A stretch of 64,000 nt of DNA, taken from NCBI GenBank assembly GCA_002070965.1, contig MWEH01000193.1:245-64244 (forward strand), read 5' to 3'. Below the pieces are notes generated by a model, which made no database searches, was not told where the DNA came from, and saw only the letters and a list, made by a program, of their open reading frames with translations. Positions 1 through 10,204 of this stretch are shown here, in pieces; position 1 is the first letter of the stretch, and every line of letters begins with the position of its first letter. A program made the translations under genes and the position numbers. Source of the DNA: Firmicutes bacterium ADurb.Bin080. GTDB lineage: Bacteria; Bacillota; Clostridia; Christensenellales; DTU072.

Positions 1-1656
1 CCCGATTCTTGGGAAAAAGTTATTGGGCAAAAGCACATAGTTACCACTTTGATTAATCAAATCAAGTCGGATAGACTTACTCATGCATACCTATTTACTG
101 GCACTCGTGGGACAGGCAAGACGAGCTCTGCAAAAATTTTTGCAAAAGCTCTCAACTGTTTAAATCCACAAAACGGATCCCCCTGCAATAAATGTGAAGT
201 CTGTCTTGCTCTCTCTGCAGAAAATAACCTTGATGTAGTGGAAATGGATGCAGCTAGCAACAATAGCGTTGATGACATCAGAGAATTAAGAGAAAAAATT
301 CAATATCCACCAACTATAGCAAAATACAAAGTTTATATAATAGATGAAGTGCATATGTTAAGTGGGTCGGCTTTTAATGCTTTATTAAAAACGCTCGAAG
401 AACCCCCTTCTCATGCTATTTTTATTTTAGCGACAACCGAGGTCAATAAACTACCACAAACCATTCTATCAAGATGTATGAGGTTTGATTTCAGATTAGT
501 CTCTGTGGCTGAACTCTCCACTCATCTGGCTTCTATTTTTGATCTTGAAAATTATAAATATGATAAAAAAGCAATAGAGCAAATTGCCATACATGGCCAA
601 GGAAGCGTCCGAGATACTCTTTCTCTTGCAGACATGTGCATGTCTTACTCTCCTGACAAATTGAAATATGAGGATGTGCTCGAAATACTTGGGTCTTCCG
701 ACAACTCTGTTCTTTTCTCGGTTGCTGAATCTCTCCTTTCTGGAAATATTGGGAAAATGCTAGAAATTACATCCACAGTCTACGCGAGAGGAAAAGGAAT
801 AGAAATTTTTAACCGCGAACTTTCTTCCTATTTTAGAGAATTGATTGCGATTAAAAATATTGAGGGATATATATCTTCTCTATCATCAACCGAGCAACAG
901 CAAGGATATAAACTCGTAAGAGACGTGGATAATTACCGACTCGCCAGGATATTAGAGATCCTTGCACTCGCAGAAAATTCGGTACGGTATAGCTCACAAC
1001 AAAAAATTGTATTTGACGCAAATCTAGTCAAAGCGGCCGAGATTTATACCGATAAATCAAATGAAGGATATCTTTCTCGGATTACTACTTTAGAAAAACA
1101 AATAGCTTCGGGCTTGTTTTCAATTCCGAAACAGGAATCAACTGAAACCTCAAATACGAATAAAACGCCCATATCCTCTATTAAGACAGAAGAATCTAAA
1201 GAAATACATTCGGAGGTCTTTCTTAAGACAATAGCTAAGGGTCCCGTAGATGTTTCTCTTCCTCCGCAATTTGAGGAAGAAAAACTGGCTGAAAAAACTG
1301 ATTCCAATGAAGCAGATACATGTTCGACCAATAATAATGCAAAAAGAATATTTGGAAAATTAATTGAAAATATGCTTTTCACCTACGGAAGTTCCAATTT
1401 TACTTACAAGGCTCTTTCTGAAATTTCTGACTATGAAATAAAGGACAATGTTTTAGAAATTCGAACAGAGAAAGCTGCTTTTTTTGATATTCTTGATAAA
1501 AAAGATTCTAAGGAAAAAATTACAAATGCTTTAAACTCTTTAGAATTAGGAAAGTTTTCTGTGACTATCAAAAAAACTGGTGAAGAAAAAAAAACAAGAA
1601 CTATTGAGCAAATCAATTATCTAAAAGATATTTTTGGGGACAAAATTGATTTATGA
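1..1656 (+). CDS. dnaX: DNA polymerase III subunit gamma/tau (clamp loader), 5' end outside window
   Basis: The frame is open from base 1 (PDSWEKVIGQKH.. precedes the track's TTG at 49). Walker A GTRGTGKTS, Zn module CNKCEVC, Walker B IIDEVHML and SRC motif (LSRCMRF) are present. TGA stop at 1654-1656. The conserved dnaX-ybaB-recR order follows. Confidence 0.95.
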   Translation, partial: PDSWEKVIGQKHIVTTLINQIKSDRLTHAYLFTGTRGTGKTSSAKIFAKALNCLNPQNGSPCNKCEVCLALSAENNLDVVEMDAASNNSVDDIRELREKIQYPPTIAKYKVYIIDEVHMLSGSAFNALLKTLEEPPSHAIFILATTEVNKLPQTILSRCMRFDFRLVSVAELSTHLASIFDLENYKYDKKAIEQIAIHGQGSVRDTLSLADMCMSYSPDKLKYEDVLEILGSSDNSVLFSVAESLLSGNIGKMLEITSTVYARGKGIEIFNRELSSYFRELIAIKNIEGYISSLSSTEQQQGYKLVRDVDNYRLARILEILALAENSVRYSSQQKIVFDANLVKAAEIYTDKSNEGYLSRITTLEKQIASGLFSIPKQESTETSNTNKTPISSIKTEESKEIHSEVFLKTIAKGPVDVSLPPQFEEEKLAEKTDSNEADTCSTNNNAKRIFGKLIENMLFTYGSSNFTYKALSEISDYEIKDNVLEIRTEKAAFFDILDKKDSKEKITNALNSLELGKFSVTIKKTGEEKKTRTIEQINYLKDIFGDKIDL

Positions 1657-1782
1657 TTAGTAAGTTGTTTTCTAACACTAATAATGAATTGAATCCCATT
1701 GATTTGGTTATTCTTGCACTATACAACAATTTGGAAAACATTTTCCAAACACAATAATATTTACATTTTTAGGAGGTATCAC

Positions 1783-2127
1783 ATGGCAAGACAAGGTGGA
1801 TATGGTGGAGGTGGAGGCGGAACTCCAAATATGCAACAACTAATGAAGCAAGCTCAGAAAATGCAGCAAGATATATTGAAAGCTCAGGAGGAATTAGCCG
1901 AAACTGAGGTAGTTGCAACTTCAGGAGGAGGCATGGTGGAAATTGTTATGACTTGTGATAGAAAATTATCCTCAATAACTATATCTCCCGAGGCAGTAGA
2001 TCCCGAGGATGTGGAGATTTTGCAAGATTTAATAGTTGCTGCTTTTAATGAAGCAAGCGCACTTGTAGAGCAAGAACACGAACGAATTATGGGGCCAATC
2101 AGTGGTGGAGCTGGGGGTTTGTTTTAA
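1783..2127 (+). CDS. ybaB: YbaB/EbfC family nucleoid-associated protein
   Basis: Start moved to the ATG at 1783, which sits 6 nt after AGGAGG (1771-1776). Product MARQGGYGGGGGGTPNMQQLMKQAQKMQQDI... has the typical YbaB N-terminus and a G-rich C-terminus. The upstream 28 codons of the track ORF lack an RBS. Position between dnaX and recR fits. Confidence 0.9.
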   Translation: MARQGGYGGGGGGTPNMQQLMKQAQKMQQDILKAQEELAETEVVATSGGGMVEIVMTCDRKLSSITISPEAVDPEDVEILQDLIVAAFNEASALVEQEHERIMGPISGGAGGLF

Positions 2128-2711
2128 TGGTATTACCTGAGGCGTTATCAAGACTAATCGCGGAGTTCAGAAAGCTTCCCGCTGTCGGTCTCAAAACCGC
2201 AACGAGATACGCATACAATGTAATAGATATGTCTGATTCAGAATTGGACTCGTTTATTGCGGCACTAAAGGAAGCAAAAGAAAAAATACATTTTTGTCAA
2301 AAATGTGGAAATTACTCGGAGACAGAAGTATGTGAAAGATGCCAAACAGCCGAACAGTCAATCATATGCGTTGTAAAAGAACCTAAAGATATCGTTGCAT
2401 TTGAAAAAACTGACGCATATAACGGACTTTACCATGTTCTTCATGGCACTTTAGATTTTTCAAAAGGAATAGGCGCAGATGATATTAGAGTAAAAGAACT
2501 AATATCTCGGCTTAGTGGCGTAGAAGAGGTAATAATCGCGACAAATTCGGACATCAGTGGGGAAATGACGGCAGTTTATCTTTCAAACTTGATAAAGCCT
2601 TTGGGAATAAAAGTTACGAGACTAGCACATGGCTTGCCTATGGGAAGCGAAATCGAATATGCTGACGAAATAACTCTTTCTAAAGCGCTATCAGACCGAA
2701 AGGAAATGTAA
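2127..2711 (+). CDS. recR: Recombination protein RecR
   Basis: The ATG overlaps the ybaB TAA by 1 nt. N-terminal HhH region (LPAVGLKTATRYAY), C4 zinc finger (CQKCGNYSETEVCERC) and Toprim-like segment (VIIATNSDISGE). Confidence 0.95.
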   Translation: MVLPEALSRLIAEFRKLPAVGLKTATRYAYNVIDMSDSELDSFIAALKEAKEKIHFCQKCGNYSETEVCERCQTAEQSIICVVKEPKDIVAFEKTDAYNGLYHVLHGTLDFSKGIGADDIRVKELISRLSGVEEVIIATNSDISGEMTAVYLSNLIKPLGIKVTRLAHGLPMGSEIEYADEITLSKALSDRKEM

Positions 2712-2778
2712 AGCGAAAAAGAATATGCTGAATGAAATAACTCTTCCTAAAGCGCTATTAGACCGAAAGGAAATGTAA
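2646..2778. repeat. Head-to-tail duplication (66 + 67 nt) of the recR 3' end
   Basis: 2646-2711 (last 21 codons plus TAA) is repeated at 2712-2778. 61 of 66 aligned positions are identical, plus one 1-nt indel. Both copies end ..gaccgaaaggaaatgtaa. Confidence 0.9.
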
Positions 2779-2843
2779 TAGATATCAATATATCATTAAT
2801 CCCTGTATGTTGATTATTAGGAAATAATAATCATCTAAAAGAA

Positions 2844-3923
2844 CTAATTGAGGAACATTTTAAAAAAATAGCTGGAATCAACTGGGTGCACTTTTTTCCC
2901 TGCTTGTCTGATCTTTTCATATTCTTCTCTAGGATACTTATCCAAAAAATACACTAATCTTTGGTCATTTTCACAATGAGCAGTCTTGTCTGATAAATAC
3001 TGGAAAATCTTACTTTCTAATAAGTTATTTGGCTTAGAAATTGCCACTAGTTTGCCGAGTTGAAATCCGGGTTCAAGAACTGCTGAATAGGGACAAGAAA
3101 GAATGATATCTGCTACATCATATAAAAAAGCCAAATATGATAAGTCAGAAAACACTTTTAATCCATTTTGATTACACTTAAGTACTGTCTCAGCGTTATC
3201 ATAAACAAAAACCAAAATATTATATTTTTTTTGATATTTTTCCAATACCTCTATTTGCCATCTGAATTCATCTTTATCATTTGGAGGAACGACAAGTAGT
3301 ATAGTAGCTAGACGACTTTCCAGAGTAATCGAATCAGTTATTCTCTTATCAAGCTTGTTGTGATTTGCCTCCTGCATTAAAGGTATATCCCCTATAAAAA
3401 TTTTGTTCTCGGGAACATAACAATTAACCATATCTGTCTTTACGCCAATATTTTCAACGAGATAGGCATCGATATTCTCGTAAATCAGGTTTTTGTTTAA
3501 TACATAATCATCAACAACTGATACTATCTTAAAGCTTGACTTAAGCTTATTCCTTACGGCACATACCTCATATATCGCGCCTGTCCCTAATGTAATAACT
3601 AAATCTGGAGTATATCTTAAAATAATGTTTTCAGTATTTTTGTATGAGGAGGAAGATTTCATAGACAAATCGGTTTTGGGGATGGTATCTATATCTCGAT
3701 AAGCTCTTCTTTTCTTTATTTGTGCCTCTATTTTTTCCACATTAATGTTTATTGATAAAAGATTTGAGACAAAATCTACTAAAGCTCTATTCCTAAGCTC
3801 CATAATGTCAATAATTATGACTATGACAGTTGGATCCAAAGCAATTATTCGCTGTTTAATTCCTGTAGCAGTTATGGATCGCTCTTTTTCAGAAAAAATA
3901 ATTATAGTTTTCTTATCTTTCAT
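2844..3923 (-). CDS. Hypothetical protein, possibly a divergent UgtP/MGDG-synthase-like (GT28-type) glycosyltransferase
   Basis: 359-aa ORF. Colinear resemblance to the recalled UgtP/MGDG-synthase pattern (..YTPDLVITLG.., ..VSVVDDY.., ..IFIGDIPL.., C-terminal Rossmann-like half), but the canonical Gly-rich/His motifs are not evident. Confidence 0.3.
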   Translation of the reverse strand: MKDKKTIIIFSEKERSITATGIKQRIIALDPTVIVIIIDIMELRNRALVDFVSNLLSININVEKIEAQIKKRRAYRDIDTIPKTDLSMKSSSSYKNTENIILRYTPDLVITLGTGAIYEVCAVRNKLKSSFKIVSVVDDYVLNKNLIYENIDAYLVENIGVKTDMVNCYVPENKIFIGDIPLMQEANHNKLDKRITDSITLESRLATILLVVPPNDKDEFRWQIEVLEKYQKKYNILVFVYDNAETVLKCNQNGLKVFSDLSYLAFLYDVADIILSCPYSAVLEPGFQLGKLVAISKPNNLLESKIFQYLSDKTAHCENDQRLVYFLDKYPREEYEKIRQAGKKVHPVDSSYFFKMFLN

Positions 3924-3942
3924 TCGAGACCCCTAAATAATT

Positions 3943-5586
3943 TTACTCAAACATTATTATGGGAATAATTATAGGACAACGTTTTTGCTTAGAATAAAAT
4001 ATCTTACTAATTATCTTTCTAGTAAGCTGTGATAATTCTTCGGTAACCATATTGCGATATTCTCCCCCCGAAAACCTGGCTTGGAGCGTAGCTTGGATCT
4101 CATCTTCTATTGTGGAAAGAATATTAAGTCCTTTGCTGGTTAAATCTATTTCCACTTTAGGCTTCCCTGTTTTCGAAAGAGTTATAGCCGAAATTACGAT
4201 TCCCTCTTCAGCCATCTTCTTTCTTTCAATAATGTTCTCTTCATCGCTCTCAATGTCGCCAACGAGCATCACCGCCCCAGCTTCAATACTTGGCAATCTC
4301 CTTATACCCCCCTTACTTACCTCCACTGCACTACCAAGCTCTGGCAAGAAAATATTTGGTCGGGGTATACCCATTGATTCAGCGAGTTCGGCATGTTTTT
4401 TAAGATGTCTAAATTCTCCATGGACTGGAATAAAGTAAGCTGGCTTAACTAATGCTATCATTAGTTTTAATTCCTCAACACAAGCATGACCAGAGGCATG
4501 GACTTCGCTTAATGACTCGTAAATTAAGGAGGCTCCCTTTTTTGAAAGGTTATTCATAACGCTATGAATAGATCTCTCATTCCCTGGAATAGGACTAGCG
4601 GACAAAATAACGGTATCATTTTCTCCTATCGATACATTTTTAAACCCATCTAAAGACATTCTCGTCAGGGCACTTGATGGTTCCCCTTGCGTGCCAGTTG
4701 CAATAATACATATCCTGTCATCTGGAATTTTTTTTGTGTTGTTGATATCTACTATCATTTCGGGGTCTATTTTTATTTCTCCAAGTTTCTGGGCAATAGC
4801 AACAGTATTGAGCACACTTCTACCACTTAATACAATTCTACGCCCCTGTTTTATGGCACAATCTATTATTTGTTTGATTCTGTGAATATTAGAAGCAAAA
4901 GTGGCCACAATTATTCTCTTGTTTTTACTATCATTAAAAACAGACTCAAGACTTTTTCCAACTCTACTCTCACTCATACTGTACCCAGGTCTCTCGACAT
5001 TTGTACTGTCTTGCATCATTAACAGAACTCCCTTACTTCCAATCGCGGCAATCCTTGACAAGTCGGCTACTTTTCCGTCAACAGGGGTATGGTCAATTTT
5101 AAAGTCTCCTGTAAAAAAAATTACCCCTGAAGGAGAGGTAATTGCCAAAGAATAAGCCCCTGCAATGGAGTGGGTCGTTCTAATAAACTCCACTGAAAAA
5201 TCCCCCGCCTGTATAATTGAGCCGTTATCAATTTGAATAAATTTATATTTTTTATTTCCACCAGCTCTATTAATCTTCGCATCGGAAAAAGCTAGTGCGA
5301 TAGACGAGCCGTAAACCGGAACATTAATATCTTTTAGAACAAAGGGTAATGCTCCTATATGATCTTCGTGACCGTGTGTAATAAAAATTCCTTTTATTCT
5401 TTTTTTTATTTCTTTCAAATAAGAAATATCTGGTATTAAAAAATCTACCCCAGGCATATTTTCACTGTTTGGGAAACCCAAACCAGCATCCAAAATAATT
5501 GCGCTTTCGCCATACTCGAGCAAAGTCATATTCTTTCCTATTTCTTCCACTCCCCCGAGAAAAACGATTTTTAATCTGTTAGCCAA
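3943..5586 (-). CDS. rnj: Ribonuclease J
   Basis: Metallo-beta-lactamase motif HGHEDHIG, RNase J-type N-terminus (KIVFLGGVEEIGKN) and beta-CASP/C-terminal domains. Start set to the TTG at 5586, 6 nt after GGAGGAG (complement of 5593-5599). The track start at 5613 has no RBS. Confidence 0.9.
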   Translation of the reverse strand: MANRLKIVFLGGVEEIGKNMTLLEYGESAIILDAGLGFPNSENMPGVDFLIPDISYLKEIKKRIKGIFITHGHEDHIGALPFVLKDINVPVYGSSIALAFSDAKINRAGGNKKYKFIQIDNGSIIQAGDFSVEFIRTTHSIAGAYSLAITSPSGVIFFTGDFKIDHTPVDGKVADLSRIAAIGSKGVLLMMQDSTNVERPGYSMSESRVGKSLESVFNDSKNKRIIVATFASNIHRIKQIIDCAIKQGRRIVLSGRSVLNTVAIAQKLGEIKIDPEMIVDINNTKKIPDDRICIIATGTQGEPSSALTRMSLDGFKNVSIGENDTVILSASPIPGNERSIHSVMNNLSKKGASLIYESLSEVHASGHACVEELKLMIALVKPAYFIPVHGEFRHLKKHAELAESMGIPRPNIFLPELGSAVEVSKGGIRRLPSIEAGAVMLVGDIESDEENIIERKKMAEEGIVISAITLSKTGKPKVEIDLTSKGLNILSTIEDEIQATLQARFSGGEYRNMVTEELSQLTRKIISKIFYSKQKRCPIIIPIIMFE

Positions 5587-5944
5587 ATTTATCTCCTCCT
5601 GCGAAAACCGCAAATTGTTATTTTTATATTTTTCAAATTATATCTATTTTGTTGTTCAAATTATATCTTTTTTAGAGAAAATTAACAAGCAAATGGGTTC
5701 CTTAGCGAGTTTTGAAGCTTTCCTTTTTGTCTGCATTACGAATAATTCTGACACACATTATTCCCCCTAACCATAAATCCAAGAATCTCTTCATACTCAG
5801 TTCGACATTTTTTTTGAATAATTATCCATACCAAGTTTATTCTGAAAATATTATTTTTATCTTGAATCACAAAATGTTGTATATGATAGACATTTTTTCT
5901 CAAGCGGTTGTATAATAATTTCATAAATTTGGGGAGGTAATTTT

Positions 5945-7021
5945 ATGAAGGTTTTTAATTTTTCTGCAGGGCCAAGCGTTCTGCCCGAAGAGGTCAAACT
6001 AGAAGTTCAGAAAGACTTTTTAGACTTTAATGGAAGCGGAATGTCCGTCACCGAATTAAGTCACAGAGGAAAGGTTTATGAAGATATTCAAGTCGAGGCT
6101 GAAAGTCTTCTTAGAGAACTTATGGGAATAAGCAGCGACTATGAAGTACTTTTTTTGCAAGGTGGCGGAAGCACTCAATTCGCTATGGTCCCCTTAAACC
6201 TGAGCATCAACAAGCGAGCTGACTATGTTCTAACAGGTAATTGGGCAAACAAAGCTTTCGAAGAAGCATCGAGATACATTGACGCCTATTCTGCTGCAAG
6301 CAGCAAAGATGCAAAGTTCACTTACATACCAGATGTCGATAAAATCTCCTTCCGTGATAATCTTGATTATGTCCACATCACTCAAAACAATACAATATTC
6401 GGGACAAGATACACAAAATTACCTTCAGTAACTTGCCCGATCGTAGCCGATGCCTCGTCTAATATTTTAAGCGAAGTTATTGATGTAAACAAATATGGTT
6501 TAATATACGCTGGAGCCCAAAAAAATATCGCTCCTGCAGGTGTAACAATCGTGATAATAAGAAAGGATCTTCTTGAAAGAATCCCTATGTCTTTTTGTCC
6601 TACTATGCTAATGTACAAAACACATGCTAAAGAGCACAGTTTATATAATACCCCTCCTTGCTTTACCATCTATATGGCAATGTTAACTTTCCGTTGGTTA
6701 AAGAAACTGGGCGGTGTTTCTGAAATGCAAAAAATCAACGAAGAAAAAGCAAAGAAAATATATGAATATTTAGATGCTAGCTCATTTTTTTCAAATCCAG
6801 TCGCAAAAAAAGATCGTTCACTCATGAATATTCCATTTGTAACAGGGAACGAAGAATTAGATGCAAAGTTCGTAAAAGAAGCCTCAAAAAATGGGTTAGT
6901 TTCCCTTAAAGGACATAGAATACTTGGCGGGATGAGAGCGAGTATATATAACGCCATGCCAATGGAGGGTGTAGATACACTGATCAATTTTATGAAAAAA
7001 TTTGAGATGGAGAATAAATAA
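5945..7021 (+). CDS. serC: Phosphoserine aminotransferase
   Basis: MKVFNFSAGPSVLPEEV.. N-terminus, class V aminotransferase length (358 aa), GGGAGG RBS upstream, immediately followed by serA. Confidence 0.9.
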   Translation: MKVFNFSAGPSVLPEEVKLEVQKDFLDFNGSGMSVTELSHRGKVYEDIQVEAESLLRELMGISSDYEVLFLQGGGSTQFAMVPLNLSINKRADYVLTGNWANKAFEEASRYIDAYSAASSKDAKFTYIPDVDKISFRDNLDYVHITQNNTIFGTRYTKLPSVTCPIVADASSNILSEVIDVNKYGLIYAGAQKNIAPAGVTIVIIRKDLLERIPMSFCPTMLMYKTHAKEHSLYNTPPCFTIYMAMLTFRWLKKLGGVSEMQKINEEKAKKIYEYLDASSFFSNPVAKKDRSLMNIPFVTGNEELDAKFVKEASKNGLVSLKGHRILGGMRASIYNAMPMEGVDTLINFMKKFEMENK

Positions 7022-8164
7022 ATGATTAACATTCTTACATTAAATCCTATTAGTGAAAAAATATTCCCAGTTCTCGGGGAAGGCTACTCTGTTTCTGCAA
7101 ATACTAGCTCACCTGATGCTATACTAGTTCGGTCTTTCAATATGCATGGGTACAATACATCAGATAACCTAATAGCGGTCGCAAGAGCTGGAGCGGGAGT
7201 AAATAATATTCCAATTGAGGAATATTCTGACAAGGGGATTGTTGTTTTCAACACACCTGGAGCGAATGCAAATGGGGTAAAAGAACTAGTGATTTGCGGA
7301 ATGTTAATGGCTTCAAGAAATGTTCCTGAAGCATTGTTTTGGACCAAATCGCTTTCGGGCAAAGGTGATCAGGTTCCTGAACTAGTAGAAAAAGGGAAAA
7401 AACCATTTGTAGGAACGGAACTCTATGGAAAAACCCTTGGAATAGTTGGACTGGGTGCAATTGGCGCAAAAGTTGCAAACAGTTGCTCAGATCTAGGAAT
7501 GAATATTATTGGATATGATCCTTTTTTGACAGATGAGGCAAAAAACATGCTGACTTGTAATGTAAATTTTGTAACAGACCTAAACGCGCTTTACAGAAAT
7601 TCTGACATAATTACCTTTCACGTTCCTCTTCTTGATTCAACCAGAGGAATGATATCCAAAGAAAGTATTTCTTTTATGAAAGACGGAGTAATATTAATTA
7701 ATATGGCCAGAGGGGAGCTTGCACGTATTCAGGATCTTTCAGATGCTATTGAAACTGGAAAAGTAAGAAAATACGTTGTCGATTTCCCGACTGACAGTTC
7801 AGTTGATAAAAATGGAATTATAGCAATTCCCCATCTTGGAGCCTCTACTGAAGAGTCAGAAGATAACTGTGCCGTCATGGCCGCACAGCAACTAAAAGAC
7901 TATCTTGAGAATGGAAACATTAAAAATAGTGTTAATTTCCCCAATCTCAATATACAAAGGTCTTCAGAGACAAGAATCTGCATCGCATATAACTCAAGTA
8001 GCAATGCACTTGCGCGAATAAAAGCAGTAGCCCAAGATAAACCACTATTTTTCTCTGAAAAAAAATCAATCGGTTATGCAATAATAGATTTAGATACCTG
8101 CGCGGACATTGATTTAGACGAACTAACGGATACTGAAGATATACTTTTGATTAGAATAATATAA
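7022..8164 (+). CDS. serA: D-3-phosphoglycerate dehydrogenase
   Basis: 2-hydroxyacid dehydrogenase NAD motif GIVGLGAIGAKV. Catalytic-region motifs (FHVPL, MARGEL, PHLGAST). Short C-terminal regulatory-like domain. Abuts the serC stop. Confidence 0.85.
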   Translation: MINILTLNPISEKIFPVLGEGYSVSANTSSPDAILVRSFNMHGYNTSDNLIAVARAGAGVNNIPIEEYSDKGIVVFNTPGANANGVKELVICGMLMASRNVPEALFWTKSLSGKGDQVPELVEKGKKPFVGTELYGKTLGIVGLGAIGAKVANSCSDLGMNIIGYDPFLTDEAKNMLTCNVNFVTDLNALYRNSDIITFHVPLLDSTRGMISKESISFMKDGVILINMARGELARIQDLSDAIETGKVRKYVVDFPTDSSVDKNGIIAIPHLGASTEESEDNCAVMAAQQLKDYLENGNIKNSVNFPNLNIQRSSETRICIAYNSSSNALARIKAVAQDKPLFFSEKKSIGYAIIDLDTCADIDLDELTDTEDILLIRII

Positions 8165-8192
8165 TAAGAAGTAATTCACCTCTATTCACAGA

Positions 8193-8226
8193 TTAACCCC
8201 ACAATATAAGGTGGGGTTAATTTTTC
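8193..8226 (+). terminator. Rho-independent terminator after serA
   Basis: 10-bp stem TTAACCCCAC/GTGGGGTTAA (8193-8202 / 8211-8220), 8-nt loop, then TTTTT. Confidence 0.8.
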
Positions 8227-8292
8227 ATAAAAATTGTTTAATATTAGGCACTGATTATTACAAAATATTCCTTTGCATATCTTTTTAAAAAA

Positions 8293-9774
8293 CTATCTCC
8301 TCTTTTCTTTCCTTCTTTCAAGATTCCTCTTTCTAATTTTGGATAAAAGCTTGTTTGAGGATAATTTGTCCTTGTATTGAATAAGAAGAAAAGGAATAAA
8401 AAAAGCTAGGAGTAATAATCCTATGATTCCTCCAATGGTTCCCCAAAAAAGTTCAAGAGAATAATATCGTCCATTAATAGTATAACCATTTCTTGTCCCT
8501 TCTATACTATCTAAATCTACTACTAGAAAAAAGTCTCCGTCAGAATAAACTCTTCCACTTCTCCTTTCTCCAGATTCAGCCAAGGGCACTTCCTCAAAAA
8601 TCCCTTCTTCAAGGTCAAACAACTTAACAATTGTACAGCCTTCAGGGATAAGAAAGTCTATATTCATGCTTCCCGATAGAGATACCTCCTCTCCCGTTTT
8701 TTCAGACAACTCCAATTTAAAGCAATAAAGATCTATGTTCTCAAATCCCGATAGTGTTTTTAGAAGTTCTTTATAGTCATTTTTTTCTTGAACAGATAGT
8801 ACTGGGTTTGATACTTCTAAAACAATCTCACTTCCCAACAATGCATTTAAATTTTCTGTTGATACCGCATACAATATGTTGCTATCCATACCTATTAGGG
8901 GTTCAACTATTCTAGAAGAAAAAGAAATATCCCCTTCTGAGAGATCATCAATTAAATTTTTAAGAGAATTAACTTCAGAGCTATCTATAAGTGGAGATTT
9001 AAAGGCCATTTCTAAATTACTGAACGCAGAAACGATCTCTGCCCACCGAGCATTTGTGAATTGGGAACCATCTCCTAAACTATAAAATTTCTGAGTGTAT
9101 TCTCTTATATCTTCGATATAATCATAAACCGAATAATAATAACCAGAATATGTCCTTTTATTTCCAACTGTATCAAAAATCTCGATATTAAAAGTATCTC
9201 CAATCATCGTAATATCTGACATATCTAGTTCAAAATAATCTTCAACCCTTTGAAATTGATAGTTAAATATAGCTACATTTACACTGCTAACTCCACTTTT
9301 TAGGTCAGACGCACTTACTTGCAGCATGATATTTTTATCCTCAGACATTAAGTTTACATCAAGATATATCTCAGGTTCTGTTGGGGGAGTGATATCTACG
9401 TTTGACACTGTACGAGAAATAAATCCGGACTCATAAAAAGCCCTCACTTCAGTATCTCCCTCCGAGGAAATAATAAAGGGTTCTGTGTATTCTTTAATTT
9501 CACTTTCAACCCCATTCTTTATTGTTTGATATAATGGTTCAGCAATAGATTCTGGATAAGAAATGGATACAGAAACCGATTTGGCCCAGTCTTCTTCACT
9601 TAAGGTAATTGTTGGGACTTCTAGCGCATATGATTCAAACCAAAATGAGTTGCGAAAAAGAACCATAATCAACAAAAATCCAATTATGGCAAAAACATAA
9701 ACAAATGACTTGAATATATTTACTCTTGCTTCTCTCATATTATCAACCGAGGAAATTTTAATATTTCTTTCCAT
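8293..9774 (-). CDS. Hypothetical membrane protein anchored at both ends
   Basis: 493-aa ORF. N-terminal TM (FVYVFAIIGFLLIMVLF), C-terminal TM (GTIGGIIGLLLLAFFIPFLLI) and a basic tail (KIRKRNLERRKEKRR). No family recognised. An extended -10 (TGTTATAAT, complement of 9793-9801) lies upstream. Confidence 0.7.
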   Translation of the reverse strand: MERNIKISSVDNMREARVNIFKSFVYVFAIIGFLLIMVLFRNSFWFESYALEVPTITLSEEDWAKSVSVSISYPESIAEPLYQTIKNGVESEIKEYTEPFIISSEGDTEVRAFYESGFISRTVSNVDITPPTEPEIYLDVNLMSEDKNIMLQVSASDLKSGVSSVNVAIFNYQFQRVEDYFELDMSDITMIGDTFNIEIFDTVGNKRTYSGYYYSVYDYIEDIREYTQKFYSLGDGSQFTNARWAEIVSAFSNLEMAFKSPLIDSSEVNSLKNLIDDLSEGDISFSSRIVEPLIGMDSNILYAVSTENLNALLGSEIVLEVSNPVLSVQEKNDYKELLKTLSGFENIDLYCFKLELSEKTGEEVSLSGSMNIDFLIPEGCTIVKLFDLEEGIFEEVPLAESGERRSGRVYSDGDFFLVVDLDSIEGTRNGYTINGRYYSLELFWGTIGGIIGLLLLAFFIPFLLIQYKDKLSSNKLLSKIRKRNLERRKEKRR

Positions 9775-10204
9775 GTAAAATCATATTAAAAAATTATAAC
9801 ACAGAGAACAAAATCTCTAAAGACTATTTTAAGAATAATGTGTGATATTAATAAGGTTTACTATGGATAAAAATTTGATATTTCCAAATTTTCTATTGGT
9901 CATCGTTAGTAATGAAACAAACTTTGTAATAGTAGAATCTTAAAAAAACAAACCAATAAACGAATATTTTATTCTTTTCTATTATGCCTGTTTTTCTTAA
10001 AAATAATAGGCATTAGGCGCTTGTGCCGAAAACGGTACTTTTTATGAATATTATCTAAAATAAGGGTATACTATGCGTGTTATTAGGATTATATCCCATC
10101 CCATTCTCAGGGGTTTGTATTGACTAAAACTAGATAGTATGATACATTTATTACTGTCGGTTAGCCGACTTATTTGTTTTTTATATTTTTACGGAGTCAA
10201 CTAA

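Noticed and set aside
1586-1594. A9 run in dnaX as a programmed -1 frameshift site (the gamma/tau switch, as in E. coli).
   Set aside because: It lies only about 60 nt before the natural stop. A frameshift there would not produce a meaningfully shorter gamma subunit, and no downstream stem-loop is evident.
5712-5924. Two mutually antisense ORFs (67 and 62 aa) between rnj and serC, and a possible riboswitch/T-box upstream of serC.
   Set aside because: Neither has an RBS, and they overlap each other on opposite strands. The region contains a plausible serC promoter (TAGACA-18-TATAAT near 5886-5915). I could not fold any conserved riboswitch-like structure.
9863-9943. 26-aa ORF (MDKNLIFPNFLLVIVSNETNFVIVES) with a weak AAGG upstream, in the whiA / membrane-protein divergent region.
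   Set aside because: The only support is an open frame in AT-rich intergenic DNA. There is no conservation or strong RBS evidence, and it is more likely part of the divergent promoter region.
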